NCBI GenBank assembly: GCA_977017645.1
Contig: OZ360247.1
Coordinates: 17,732,001-17,796,000, forward strand
Reading direction: 5' to 3'
Origin: Torpedo marmorata
Lineage: Eukaryota
Length of the DNA stretch: 64,000 nt
Under the pieces are notes generated by a model. The model worked only from the letters and a program-made list of their open reading frames with translations, was not told the origin of the DNA and did not search any database. The first letter of the stretch is position 1. The number at the start of each line of letters is the position of its first letter. The translations under genes and the position numbers were made by a program. Shown piece by piece: positions 38,584 to 50,149 of this stretch.

Positions 38584-39199
38584 AAGCAGTCAAGTTTAGT
38601 TGGTTTCTTCCATACTTCTCTCCTAGCGACAACATAAAAATATTTTATGATGTCAGTCCGTGCCCCCGTTGAGAATGGCTGGTCTAGAGCAATGCTCGTA
38701 CGACCGAACAGCATGAGTGCTGAACTGTCAGAAGAAAGCAAGGCCCCAGCTTCAGTCTCAGGTAAAGCAATGTCAGTAAAATCAATGAGTCAATCATTTC
38801 TCGGGACTATGGTTTGCAAAGCCTTGCTGACCATGGGGGTACTTTGCATGATGCAAAAGGAAAGTTTTAAAGGTAAATTAGAGAAACGGCGATGCGGGAA
38901 AACTGAAGAAACACTCAAAATTATGGAGGAACTCAGTAGGTCGGGCAGCATCTGTGGAAGGTAGATGGTCGACGTTTTGGGCTGAAACGTTTCATCAGGA
39001 AAGTTTTTATTTAATGCCAAGAATTTAAAAACTTGTTAACTTTTGTATTACAAAGGCACTGGGTGTGGGCTTTGCCATTCTCTTTCTTTTTTTCCGGGTG
39101 TAATTCCTTTGCAACTTTTAAAAGGAATCCTTTATTTTGATTTGGTTAATTTTACCCTGTGTTCAGGGCGTTGCTGCTTGACAGCAGCTTGTAACTCCT

Positions 39200-40200
39200 T
39201 TCCCTGACTGAACATGGCTGCCCCGCGTCTCCCGCATATTTTGCAGCTACGCAGCCGATCCCGGGATTACTGTCAATCATCGCAGAATAACGCGCCATCA
39301 CCGAACACTCCGACCATTCAGGGGCTTGATTCCGACAACGCCCCTTCACAGACGGAATACCTAATGGCTACCAAGGGCTGTCAATCATAATTCTGACCAC
39401 TTAGAAGGCGGAGAACTCGATTTATTGCCCCGCCTTCCTTTGTAGGAAAATATCTGCTAATCTGTCAATCAACATGCGGCCCCAAAAGTGTCAAGAACGC
39501 CGCCGGCCAATCCTTTTCCTAATTGCCCAGTAAGCCCGCCTTCTCCGTCGTCACGTCACCCACCGATGGCCTACTCCTGCATCCAAATGGATGGAACCGC
39601 TGTCGATCATGCAAGTACTGGGCGGAAACCGGCTGCCGATTGGCCGGCGGCGGCGCGCTCCACTTTGACCCTCATAAAGTGAATAAAACATCATGAGCGG
39701 TAGGTCGCTATTTTTTCAAAAATAAATGATTTTGAAATAAATGTGGGTTGAGTGAGTGGGCGGCGGCGGCGGCGGGTGCGGGCACCGGGCGTGGGGGAGC
39801 GGACGGCCGGCGGGCCGACTGACTGGGTCCCGGGTGTGGGGGAGGGGACGGCGGGGCCGGGCCGCTGGCTCCGGCTCCAGCTCCGGCTCCGGCTCCGGCT
39901 CCAATTCCGGCTCCGGGCAAAGCCCCGCAGCCGAATGCAAAGGAGATTTCATCGCAACGTGTGCGCTGTAAACCCTTGCATTTTCTTGCGGCGCCAGTCA
40001 TTTATTTTTTTTAAAACATGTTGTGGCATTGAAACCCAAAGTGACATTTGTTTTGGGAGAGGGCGCCTGCCCCCCTCGTGCCAACATGGCTTGGCAATGA
40101 CAAGGTGCCCGTCGCCTGGCAGGAGGCGGTGCCGCCCGGCCGCCAAACCCTGCCGCCCCTCCTCGCTGTGTGGTGGGGAGGAGGCGGGGTTGGAGGGGCT
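39200..40200 (+). promoter_or_regulatory. SP2 CpG-island promoter / exon 1 region
   Basis: CpG-rich. CTGTCAATCA at 39270, 39378 and 39462; CCAAT 39507; ATTGG 39639; GC boxes at ~39427, 39534 and 39619; TCACGTCA 39551. Confidence 0.85.
39693..39699 (+). CDS. SP2: SP2 exon 1 coding part (ATG AGC G)
   Basis: ATGAGCG|gtaggt in the CpG island. Phase 1 joins exon 2 to give MSDQQDSMAAT, like human MSDPQTSMAAT (recalled). Confidence 0.85.
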
Positions 40201-40219
40201 TGCACCGCTTCCTGACCGA

Positions 40220-41380
40220 GGGATGGGGGAGAGGGATGTGGGGGAGAGGGATGTGGGGGAGGGATGTGGGGGGAGAGGGATGTGGGGGAGAGGGATGTGG
40301 GGAGAGGGATGTGGGGGAGAGGGATGTGGGAGAGAGGGATGTGGGGGAGAGGGATGTGGGGGGAGAGGGATGTGGGAGAGAGGGATGTGGGGGAGAGGGA
40401 TGTGGGGAGAGGGATGGGGGGAGAGGGATGTGGGGGGAGAGGGATGTGGGGGGAGAGGGATGTGGGGGGAGAGGGATGTGGGGGGAGAGGGATGTGGGGG
40501 AGAGGGATGTGGGGGGAGGGATGTGGGGGAGAGGGATGTGGGGGGAGGGATGTGGGGGAGAGGGATGTGGGGGGAGGGATGTGGGGGAGGGATGTGGGGG
40601 AGGGATGTGGGGGAGAGGGATGTGGGGGAGAGGGATGTGGGGGGGAGGGATGTGGGGGAGAGGGATGGGGGGGAGGGATGGGGGGGAGAGGGATGTGGGG
40701 AGAGGGATGTGGGGAGAGGGATGTGGGGAGAGGGATGTGGGGGAGAGGGATGTGGGAGAGAGGGATGTGGGGAGAGGGATGTGGGGGGAGAGGGATGGGA
40801 GAAAGGGATGTGGGAGAGAGGGATGTGGGGGGAGAGGGATGTGGGAGAGAGGGATGTGGGAGAGAGGGATGTGGGGAGAGGGATGGGGGGAGAGGGATGT
40901 GGGGGGAGAGGGATGTGGGGGAGAGGGATGTGGGGGAGAGGGATGTGGGAGAGAGGGATGTGGGAGAGGGATGTGGGGGAGAGGGATGTGGGAGAGAGGG
41001 ATGTGGGGGGAGAGGGATGTGGGAGAGAGGGATGTGGGGGGAGAGGGATGTGGGGGAGAGGGATGTGGGGGAGAGGGATGTGGGAGAGAGGGATGTGGGG
41101 GAGAGGGATGTGGGGGGAGAGGGATGTGGGGGAGAGGGATGTGGGGGGAGAGGGATGTGGGAGAGAGGGATGTGGGGGAGAGGGATGTGGGGAGAGGGAT
41201 GTGGGGGAGAGGGATGTGGGGGAGAGGGATGTGGGAGAGAGGGATGTGGGGGAGAGGGAAGTGGGGGAGAGGGATGTGGGAGAGAGGGATGTGGGGGAGA
41301 GGGATGTGGGGGAGAGGGATGTGGGGGGAGGGATGTGGGGGGAGGGATGTGGGAGAGAGGGATGTGGGGGAGAGGGATGG
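40220..41380. repeat. G-rich ~16-17-bp minisatellite (GAGAGGGATGTGGGGG)n
   Basis: Direct tandem array; source of the spurious long ORFs. Confidence 0.97.
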
Positions 41381-42025
41381 GGGCTTCCTGACCCAGGGTT
41401 GGGGTGAGGGCTTCTTGACCCAAGGTTGGGGGGAGAGAGGGATGGGGAGGGGAGAGGGATGGGGGCTTCCTGACCCAGGGTTGGGGTGAGGGCTTCTTGA
41501 CCCAAGGTTGGGGGGAGAGAGGGAGGGGAGAGGGATGGGGGCTTCCTGATCCAGGGGAGGGGGTGAGGGCTTCCTGACCCAGGGCTGGGGCGAGAGGGCT
41601 TCCCGACCCAGGGTTGGTTGGGGGAGAGAGCTTCCCGACCCATGGCTGGGGGGTGAGGGCTTCCCACCCAGGGTTGTGGGGGAGAGAGCTTCCTGACCCA
41701 GGATTGGCGGGGTGGGGGAGAGAGCTTCCCGACCCAGGGTTGGGGGGTAAGGGCTTCCTGACCAAGGGATGGGGAGGGGGAGAGAGCTTCCCGACCCAGA
41801 GTTGGGGGAGGGGGAGAGCTTCCCGATCCAGGGTTGGGGAGGGGGTGAGGGCTTCCCACCCAGGGTTGGGGGGGGGAGAGTGCTTCCTGACCCAGGATTG
41901 GTGGGGTGGGGGGAGAGCTTCCCGACCCAGGGTTGGGGGGTGAGGGCTTCTTGACCCAAGGTTGGGGGGAGAGAGGGATGGGGATGGGAGAGAGGGATGG
42001 GAGCTTCCAGACCCAGGGTTGGGGG
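41381..42025. repeat. ~30-35-bp G-rich minisatellite (GCTTCCYGACCCAGGGTTGGGGG...)
   Basis: Tandem units contiguous with the previous array. Confidence 0.9.
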
Positions 42026-42934
42026 CAAACAGATGCTTCTGCCTGGGGACTTGGCGATGCAGCGTTAATGCAATAATGTTGATACTTGCAACCCCTCCCC
42101 TCAGCAAGAGTTGGGCTGATGTCACGTTTAGTCAGGGTTTGTACTTACTGGGGAGGTCTGGATTAAAAGGCCACCACTTGTCCCTCCCATGGGTCAGTGA
42201 CTCAATGGTGCAACTGTCCACCAGCTGTGATGGCTGTTGATGGAACGCTGACTAATGTGGTAGAGCGATTTTCATCTCTGTCTGATACCATGGTCTCTGG
42301 TCACCCATCTGTATAGTGGATTAATGATCACTTCCATACAGTACTCAAGCATTCATCACTCTGTGCTGTGAAGTCCTGTTAAATGATGCTCATTTTTACG
42401 ATAAACTACATCACAGTGTGAAATGCTGTTATTTTGGCTTGTGGGTAAAAGCAAAATCAAAGACCACTGAAATAAGACGGCCCCTAATAAATCCAGTGGA
42501 GAATTTGGAAGAAACCTCCGCAGAGGGCAAGGTTACTCTGGGATTTGTTCCCATGGGGAGTAGTTGAGATGAACAAAGAGAGGTTTAAGAGGAAGATGGA
42601 TAAACACAGAAGTGAGAGAGAAATAGGGAGAGATAGTGAAAGGGTGAATGAGTAACATTAGGATGATTGAGTGAAGCATACACAGCAGTGGGCTGTTGGG
42701 TCAAATGATATCTGGGCCATGTGTATTCAGTGTTTGTACTCACTCCGATGCTGTTACCAATGTCAAGGTCAGTTTTAGGATTACAGCCCTGCTGGAATCT
42801 GCAGTATATTGTGTCCTGTAGAGGAGTGGTTATACCGCATGGTGTTTTTGATACAGGATTTACAGAAGCCTAGCTTGGCTATAATCCAGAAGGAGGTCAT
42901 TTGGCCTGTTGAACCATTCCTAGCCTCTTGCTCT

Positions 42935-43490
42935 CCAAGATTCAAGGTTCCTTTTATTGTCATTCACGATATACTATAACTTCTGCCTGGCGTAAGGCAG
43001 ACAAAGAGTCGCCATTAGTATTGCCAGGCGCTCCTTACAACACGAGAGAAAGAGAAGCAAAAGAGAGTTCCTTCAGAGTCACTGAGTGTACGTGGATTCG
43101 CATCCAGCGCTCCCGCAGCCTCTGCTGCCGCACGGACTACTGTTCGATTCATCGGCAACCCGAGCTCCAGATCCAAACGTCCAACATGATCAGGAAGCCT
43201 TCAGCGCCCGAGGCCCTTTGGGAGCCCTTCTTACCCTCAAAACCCTCTTGAATCCTGGCTCCGATACCTGGTTCCCATGAGCCAGACTCCAGCGGCCCGC
43301 AGCCCATGCGGGTCCCCCAAATGCAAGTCACCTGCAGCCTGTGTGAGTCCTTCATCCGCTGAGCCCCTCACGGGTCCGCCGCTGCGATCACTGTCCTGTA
43401 GGGTCGTCTCCTTTGCTTTTCAATGGAGGGGGGTGCTCTCCCTGTTTCTGGTGCCCTGCGCCGGTCCGCTGCTCCCCCGGAGTCTGCACC
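42935..43490 (-). mobile_element. GC-rich non-autonomous retroelement, diverged 5'-truncated copy 3
   Basis: Reverse complement resembles 8565-9170 (GATCTGGAGCTCGGG, GGGAGCGCTGG, GACAATAAA..CTTGAATCTTG). Confidence 0.7.
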
Positions 43491-44057
43491 CACCCACATC
43501 CCAGCAAATTCTTTCCTTTCAGATTGTTATCCAGCTCCCTTTTGAACATTACAGTTGAACTATTTGATAAACCTCTTTTACATCCTCTATAAAGTGTACC
43601 ATCCAGAGCTGGATACAATACTGCAGCAGGAGCCAAATCAGTGTTTCACAAAGGTTCACGATAACTGCCCAGTGCTCTGTTTCTCTACTTGTGAAGTCCA
43701 GCCTCACATATCCTTTTAAACTCACTTTCTCAATCTGCCCTGCTACTTTAAATTTCTCAGCATTAAATTTCAACTGCCACCTATCCACCCAACTATTTAT
43801 ACAGTATCACGAAGTCCGGGACTACTCCCCTGACATTTCACTGCATCCTCAAGTTTTCTGTCATTTACAAAGTTGGCAATTGTGCTCCAGACACTCAAGA
43901 TCATGTCATCGATGTGTATTAAAGCAGTTTGTCCCAGTACCAACCCCTGGGTAGTTGCTCTGCATACTTCCCTCCAGCCACTTGCTACGTGCCTCTGATT
44001 CCTTTTACTCAGATAATTTTCTCATTGTTCTACAGCCTTGTATTCCATGACATGGTT

Positions 44058-44405
44058 CAATAAAAGTCCTAAAGTCCAGACTGCTCAGGGATTGGATCGG
44101 TCCAGATTTTCAGATTTTCGGGCAGAACTTTTAAAATTCAAATTTAAGGAGAATAAACGGGTAAATTTTGATAGTTTATTAACAAAACACTTTTTCATAT
44201 AAAATACAAAAAAAAATTCTTATATTTCCGCAACTTCCGTGCAGTCACTTGTCACCGTGCATCTGTGGCGTTACGCACACAGAAGCTGAGAGTTTTCGAG
44301 AAGTCCGGATTCTCGGCTGGTCCGGATTTCAGGCGAGAGTTTTCGAGAAGACAAGATTCTTGGGAGGTCCAGATTTCTGGCATCTGGATTTTTAGACTTT
44401 TGCTG
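44058..44405. mobile_element. Tigger-like MITE
   Basis: TIRs CAATAAAAGTCCTAAAGTCCAGA / TCTGGATTTTTAGACTTTTGCTG, followed by TA. Confidence 0.65.
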
Positions 44406-44533
44406 TATTTAATAAGTTTATTGAGATTATGGGCGGTTTATTCTTTTCAGTGTACTGCTGTGCAAGGTTTCACTTCACGGAATGCTGTGTTTGGTGCTGT
44501 GGTGTCAGGGCTGAACTGTACTTTTGACGAAGC

Positions 44534-45453
44534 TATTACAAAATTCAAACCAGCAACGACAGAAGATGCAATGCAAAAGGGGTAAAATTGAAATTTATAT
44601 TTATTAAAGACAATTAAACATATAATTTCACAACAATTAACCCCACTATAAACGTCTATAAACACTATTCTTATCTAAAAGGTGTGTGTGTGTGTGTAAA
44701 GCCCAGACCATTACAGTCTGTGCCCAACCCTCATGTAAAAATGGAAAAACTTTCCCCAAAAACCCCAGGTCAGTCATAAAAACAAGTCAGTCAGAAAAAA
44801 AATAATACAGTCCACAAAAATTCACTCTCTATGTTCAGGATCCAAATTCAGCTCTGTGTGCTGGCAAGAAGGACTTCTTAATGAACGTTGGAGAGAGACA
44901 ATGACTGTTTATGCTTACGAATACTTGGCTTGCTTTTCTTCTCTGATGACTTTCTCTTTTGGTAGAGATTCACGAGGATTGCGACTCCAAATCAGTATAC
45001 CATTGATTGAGGCGTGTACTTGGATCTCACAGCTGGTCTCGCTGATCTCACGCCTGTTCTCCGCAAAAGTTGCTTTAACTCAGGATTTTGCTGAGACAGG
45101 AGGCCATGTGCTATTCTCCCAGCCTTTTTCCCTGGGATGCACAAGCCTGGATTTTGCTGTGTTCTCTAGCCTTTGCAACTCCAAACTGAATGCTTTTTGC
45201 AGAGGTTTGCACCTGCTTTTGCAAAAGTGCAACAAAGTATCTCTCCACAGTCTCTCTCTCTCTCTCTCTGGTGTCTCTCTCTCTCTGTGAGTACAAGAAG
45301 TCCTGGGCAAGTTAACTCTTTCAGTACCAGGTCCCAGTGTGTACTCCAAAAGACTTCATCCTTCCTGCTGACCGTCCGCAGTCCAAATGGTCAGTCATGG
45401 TCCATAACAAAGCTCACCACTGTACTCTCAGAAAGGGCCGTAGTTTTGTGAGA
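44534..45453 (-). mobile_element. Degenerate solo LTR related to the 22118-25352 LTR
   Basis: Minus strand shares GGRCTTTA(CA)n..ATAGTGGGGTT..AATAAA..GGTTTG..TTTGTAAYA. Flanks AAGC / GAGC; termini are mutated. Confidence 0.55.
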
Positions 45454-45766
45454 GAGCATACATGCAGCTGGGATGAAAGCAGAGAGTATTTTTTCCAAAG
45501 ATTTTCAGTGGTTCCCATTGCTGTGAATTCTGTTTGATGGTGTCATGGTAATTGCCAGCCCTTGCACACTGGGCTGTGCTCTTGCTTCTCAGTCTGAAGG
45601 TTGTCGATTCAAGTCCCACTGAGCCTTGAGCACTGAAATTAAGGCTGAGGTTTTTGTGCAGACAGCACTGGACTTACTGCAGCGATCTGTTTTGGATTAA
45701 ACAACATACTAGGGCTATCCCTGATCCTATTTTGAAGAAAGGGGGGAGTTCACCCACATCTGATTA

Positions 45767-46656
45767 CACTGGACAACAATTTTTTTTCAAAAGGTTTGCT
45801 TCCTGAAATAAAATTGGGGATTATGATAGACAACTTCAAGCTGAACACAAAGATAATTTCAGATTTCATGTATCATGTAAAGGTGGGAGTAGATTTAGGA
45901 CAGAGATGAGGAAAAACAGTTTTTCCCAAAGAGTGGTGAATTTGTGGAATTCTCTACCCAGGGAAGTGGTTGAGGCTGCTTCATTGAACATATTTAAGGT
46001 TCAGTTTGATAGATTTTTACATAAAAAAGGAATTAGGGGATATGGGGAAAGGGGAGGTAGGTGGAGTTAGGTCATTGATCAGATCAGCCATGATCTTATT
46101 GAATGGCGGAGCAGGCTCGATTGGCCGTTGGCCTACTCCTGTTCCTACTTTCTTATGTAGGCACTTGTCGAAACATTAAATGAACTTTTATTGAATTTTG
46201 CATGTTTAATCGCATAATGATGCTGACACATTGCATTAGTTCAACTGACCTAAAAATGTTTTGCCGCTGATTTTCATTTGTACTCAGCATCTGATGCCTC
46301 TCGTGTCAGTGTCCAGCAATAGTCGGCCAGCATTGATGGATTCCAGTTGCCTGGATACCGCTTTTCCATGGTCGCAATGTCCTGGTGAAACCTTTCACCG
46401 TGTCTGTCACTGACTGCACCAAGATCAGCAGGGAAGAAGTCCAAGTGCGAATGCAGAAAATGAATTTTCAATGACATGTTGCATTTCATGGTTTTTTTAT
46501 GCTTGAAGTAGACTTAAAATATGACAGGAAATCACAAAGTTAGGTTAAATCTTAAAAAAAAGTTATGTGATAGGAAACTTTTAAGGCGATTTTTGTGATC
46601 AGCAGCTCAAAATCCATAAAATACACTCAAAAGTGTTCAGGAAGCAAAATCCAGTG
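45767..46656 (-). mobile_element. Chapaev3-like (CMC) DNA transposon, internally deleted, with transposase C-terminal fragment
   Basis: CACTGGA..TTTGCTTCCTGAA TIRs; 3-bp TTA TSD; KIHFLHSHLDFFP..LGAVSD.HGERFHQ..MLADYCW. Nested CR1 at ~45880-46158. Confidence 0.8.
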
Positions 46657-46739
46657 TTATCAATCGACTGGAATTTTTCTTGGTGCCCTTTTCCAAAACT
46701 TCACAAGCTCACAGTCTGAGCTACACAGCATTGTCACTG

Positions 46740-47053
46740 ACCCTCCCACCCACCATTCACATCATCAAGCACCCATCTACACTGATCCTCGTCTTTTTAT
46801 TCTGCCCATAGTTTCATCAACAACCCCCCCCCCCCCAAATTCTACCACTTACCTACACACTGGAGCCAATTTATAGCGGCCAATTCATCCACCAACCTGC
46901 GTGTCTTTGGGATGTGGGAGGAAACCGGAACACCCAGGGATAACTCACTTGGTGACAGGGAGACGAGGCAAACTCTACACAAACAGCTTTGGAGGTCAGG
47001 GTTCAAACCGGTCGCTGGAGCTGTGAGGCAGCAGCTCAACAAACTGTACTACC
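46740..47053 (-). mobile_element. V-SINE-like tRNA-derived SINE
   Basis: Minus strand GGTTTGAACCC B box and CCGGTTTCCTCCCACATCCCAAAGAC core. Confidence 0.7.
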
Positions 47054-47144
47054 CTCAATGTAATCTACATGACTCCTTCCTCGAGACGGGAGAGAAAAAT
47101 TACACCTTGAAATTAACCCGGAATAGGGCTCAAAGTTCCTTTCA

Positions 47145-48838
47145 TACCCTAGATCGGAAAGCCCTGCAAAAGGTAGAGGACACAGCCCAGGACATCACAC
47201 GTAAAACCCTCCACACCATCGAGAACATCTACAGGGAACGCTGCCGTCGGAAAGCAGCAGCAATCATCAAGGATCCACACCACCCAGCACACGCTCTGTT
47301 CTCGCTGCTGCCATCAGGAAAGAGGTATAGATGGCACAAGACTTGCACCACCAGGTTCAGGAACAGCTGCTACCCCTCCACCATCAGACTCCTCAGCAAC
47401 AAACTCAATCAAGGACTTATTTAAGGACTCTTACTTTTGCACTTTATTGATTTTTTTTCTATCTCTATTGCACAGTCAGTTTGTTTACATTTCAGATTTA
47501 TTGTCAGAGTACATACATAACATCACATACAACCCTGAGATTCCTTGTTCCTGCGGGCGCAGCAGAATTACCACTAATTGGTAGTGCAAAAAGTAAACTA
47601 CACAGCGTAAACATGTAAACAATCAAAAGAACTGCTAACAGGTAACGAATGAAACTGAAAATGAAAATGAAACTGACTGTGCAATACAGGGAGAGCAAAG
47701 AAAAATCAATAAAGTGCACAAGTAAGAGTCCTTAAATGAGTCTCTGATTTGACTTTGTCGTTGAGGATTCTGATGGTAGAGGGGTAGCAGATGTTCCTAA
47801 ACCTGGTGGTGCGAGTCTTGTGGCACCTATACCTCTCTCCTGATGGCAACAGCGAGAACAGAACGTGCGCTGGGTGGTGTGGGTCTTTGATGATTGCTGC
47901 TGCCCTCCGACGGCAGCGTTCCCTGTAGATGTACTCAATAGTGGGGAGGGTTTTGCCAGTAATGCCCTGGGCTGTGTCCACTACCTTTTGGAGGGCTTTA
48001 CGCTCAGGGGTATTGGTGTTCCCACACCAGACTGTGATGCAGCCGGTCAGCATACTTTCCACCACACATCTGTAGAAATTTGCCAGGGTTTCTGGTGTCA
48101 TACCAAACCTCTGCAAGCTCCTGAGGAAGTAGAGGCGCTGACGTGCTTTCTTCACGATGCCATTGGTGTGTTGGGTCCAGGAAAGATCCTCCGAGATAGT
48201 GACTCCCAAGAACCTAAATTTGCTCACCCTCTTCACCTCTGATCCCCCAATGATCACTGGATTGTACACCTCTGGCTTTCCTTTCCTGAAGTCAACAATC
48301 AGCTCCTTAGTTTTGGTGACATTGAGTGCAAGGTTGTTGTTGGTGCACCATTCAGCCAGGTTTTCAATCTCCATCCTGTAAGCTGACTCAACCCCTTCCT
48401 TTATACAACCTACTACCGTGGTATCGTCGGCAAATTTGAAGATGGTGTTATTGTCATACCGAGCTACACAGTTGTAGGTGTAAAGTGAGTAGAGCAGGGG
48501 GCTTAGAACACTGCCCTGTGGTGCTCCGGTACTGATGCAGATTGTGGAAGAGAAGTTCTTACGAATCTTCACCGATTGTGGTCTGGAGGTGAGGAAATCC
48601 ATGATCCAATTACGCAGTGGGGTGTTAACTCCCAGGTCTTGGAGTTTGCTGATCAGTTTTGAGGGGATGATGGTGTTAAATGCCGAACTGTATTTGTTTA
48701 TTTGTTTACATATGTACGTTAAGTCGTTTGTTTTTTTTCACTACCAATAAGTGGTAATTCTGCCTCGCTTTCAGGAAAAATAATCTCAGGGTTGTATGTG
48801 ATGTCATGTATGTACTCCGACAATAAATCTGAAATCTG
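47145..48838 (+). mobile_element. Rex1 3' fragment split in its 3' UTR
   Basis: 47145-47492 plus 48691-48838 reconstitute the element seen at 16370-16858. Confidence 0.85.
47493..48690 (-). mobile_element. Rex1 LINE (same family) inserted antisense; 298-aa open RT part
   Basis: ORF 47706-48602 with GAPQG and KFADD. Confidence 0.93.
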
Positions 48839-49238
48839 ACAGTTATTGAGAAATAAATACTGGCCTCAGGACACAGGAGAACTCCCTTGACCTTTTACAC
48901 AGTGGGGACGTTTGTATCTAGATTAGCAAGCAGATATTTAGCAGGTTCAATAGCTCTTCTGACAGTACCAGACTGTCAGCCCGGAGTTTTGCGATCGAGT
49001 CTCTGGAGTGGGAGATGAACCCACAGACAGGTTCTGTGTCCTTCTCGTTGCAGCCGAGTCCGTGCAATGGCTCAAGTGTTCACGTGTTGGGTATGGCTGG
49101 GAGCACCACGAATGGTACAGCAGAAATGGGAGAAAGAAATGGAGCATACAATGCAAGGGTGAATTCATCAGACAGGCAAAGAAGGTGATTCCTTGTCAAT
49201 GTGCTGCTAGTGATTAATTCATTCATTTTCTCTTTCAG

Positions 49239-49318
49239 ACCAGCAGGACAGTATGGCTGCCACTGCCACTATTAGTCCCAGTGAGTACCTCCAACCAGCA
49301 GCGTCGCCAGTGACAGAG
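49239..49318 (+). CDS. SP2: SP2 exon 2 (DQQDSMAATATISPSEYLQPAASPVTE)
   Basis: 80-bp exon, ttttctctttcag|AC...GAG|gtatgg. Resembles human SMAATAAVSPSDYLQPAAS (recalled). Confidence 0.95.
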
Positions 49319-50149
49319 GTATGGGAGCCTTTTGTCTGTTGTAACACCTCCCATCTCACAAAGCTCGGGAGCACTTTCTGTTGCGCTGGGAGAATGCGAT
49401 GCTGCTCTCAGAGTAATGGGAAAATCAAGTGGGTCTGACACCCTCTCAGTGGGGTCGGGTTGCCATTAGTGGGAATCCAGCCCACTTTTTTCTTTAACTT
49501 TCTCCCCCGTCTATGCTCCACCCCAACTCTTCCTGATACCCTGTGTCACCAGGGACGAAGTTGATGCCCACCAGTTTCTTGCCCATTCTTTGTGTTAGTC
49601 CCTGTCAGGGTCAGCGCAACCGAATGACCCGTGGCCTCACTCTTTCCAGACCAGAAATGTGTGATTCCCAGCTGATTCTTGCCCTCCCCGATAAAGGGGA
49701 AGAGACCAGTTCTGCAGCCCCAGGAGAGATTACATCAAAGGATAGAAGATGGGTTTGAACTCCATATCTGGATGGAGCTGAGGTCTAAAACAGAGTTGCA
49801 TTCCACATGAATGTATCGAATGCTGATGGGATATGTTGGGGAATTGGAGGGAACACTCCACGGGTTTCCTGGTATGGGTGCCCAGCAGATCATTCAGATG
49901 TCACTCACTGTTTGAGAGACTCGGTATCCTGAGAGCTGATTCTCTGCTTTCAGTGACAAATCAATGACATTGCTGCTGTGTTTCCAAGGAGGCTTTGAGA
50001 GCTCCCTTCAATCATTTCCCCTGTTTTGCATTCTCTTGCGTGACAATGCTCAGAGGAGAGGATTTGTTTCAGCCAATGAAGACAGGTTCTGCACCGTCCT
50101 GTGTCCTTCTCATTGCAGCTGGGTCCATGTAATGGCTCAAGCCTTCATA

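Larger units (their letters stand above)
36275..38681. mobile_element. hAT-type MITE split by a 2.25-kb nested insertion
   Basis: Left arm 36275-36333, right arm 38584-38681. Perfect 8-bp TSD GTCTAGAG (36267-36274 / 38682-38689). Confidence 0.9.

Noticed and set aside
39752-42125. 375-704-aa ORFs on both strands
   Set aside because: These are translations of a stop-free G-rich minisatellite, open in nearly all frames, with no domain content.
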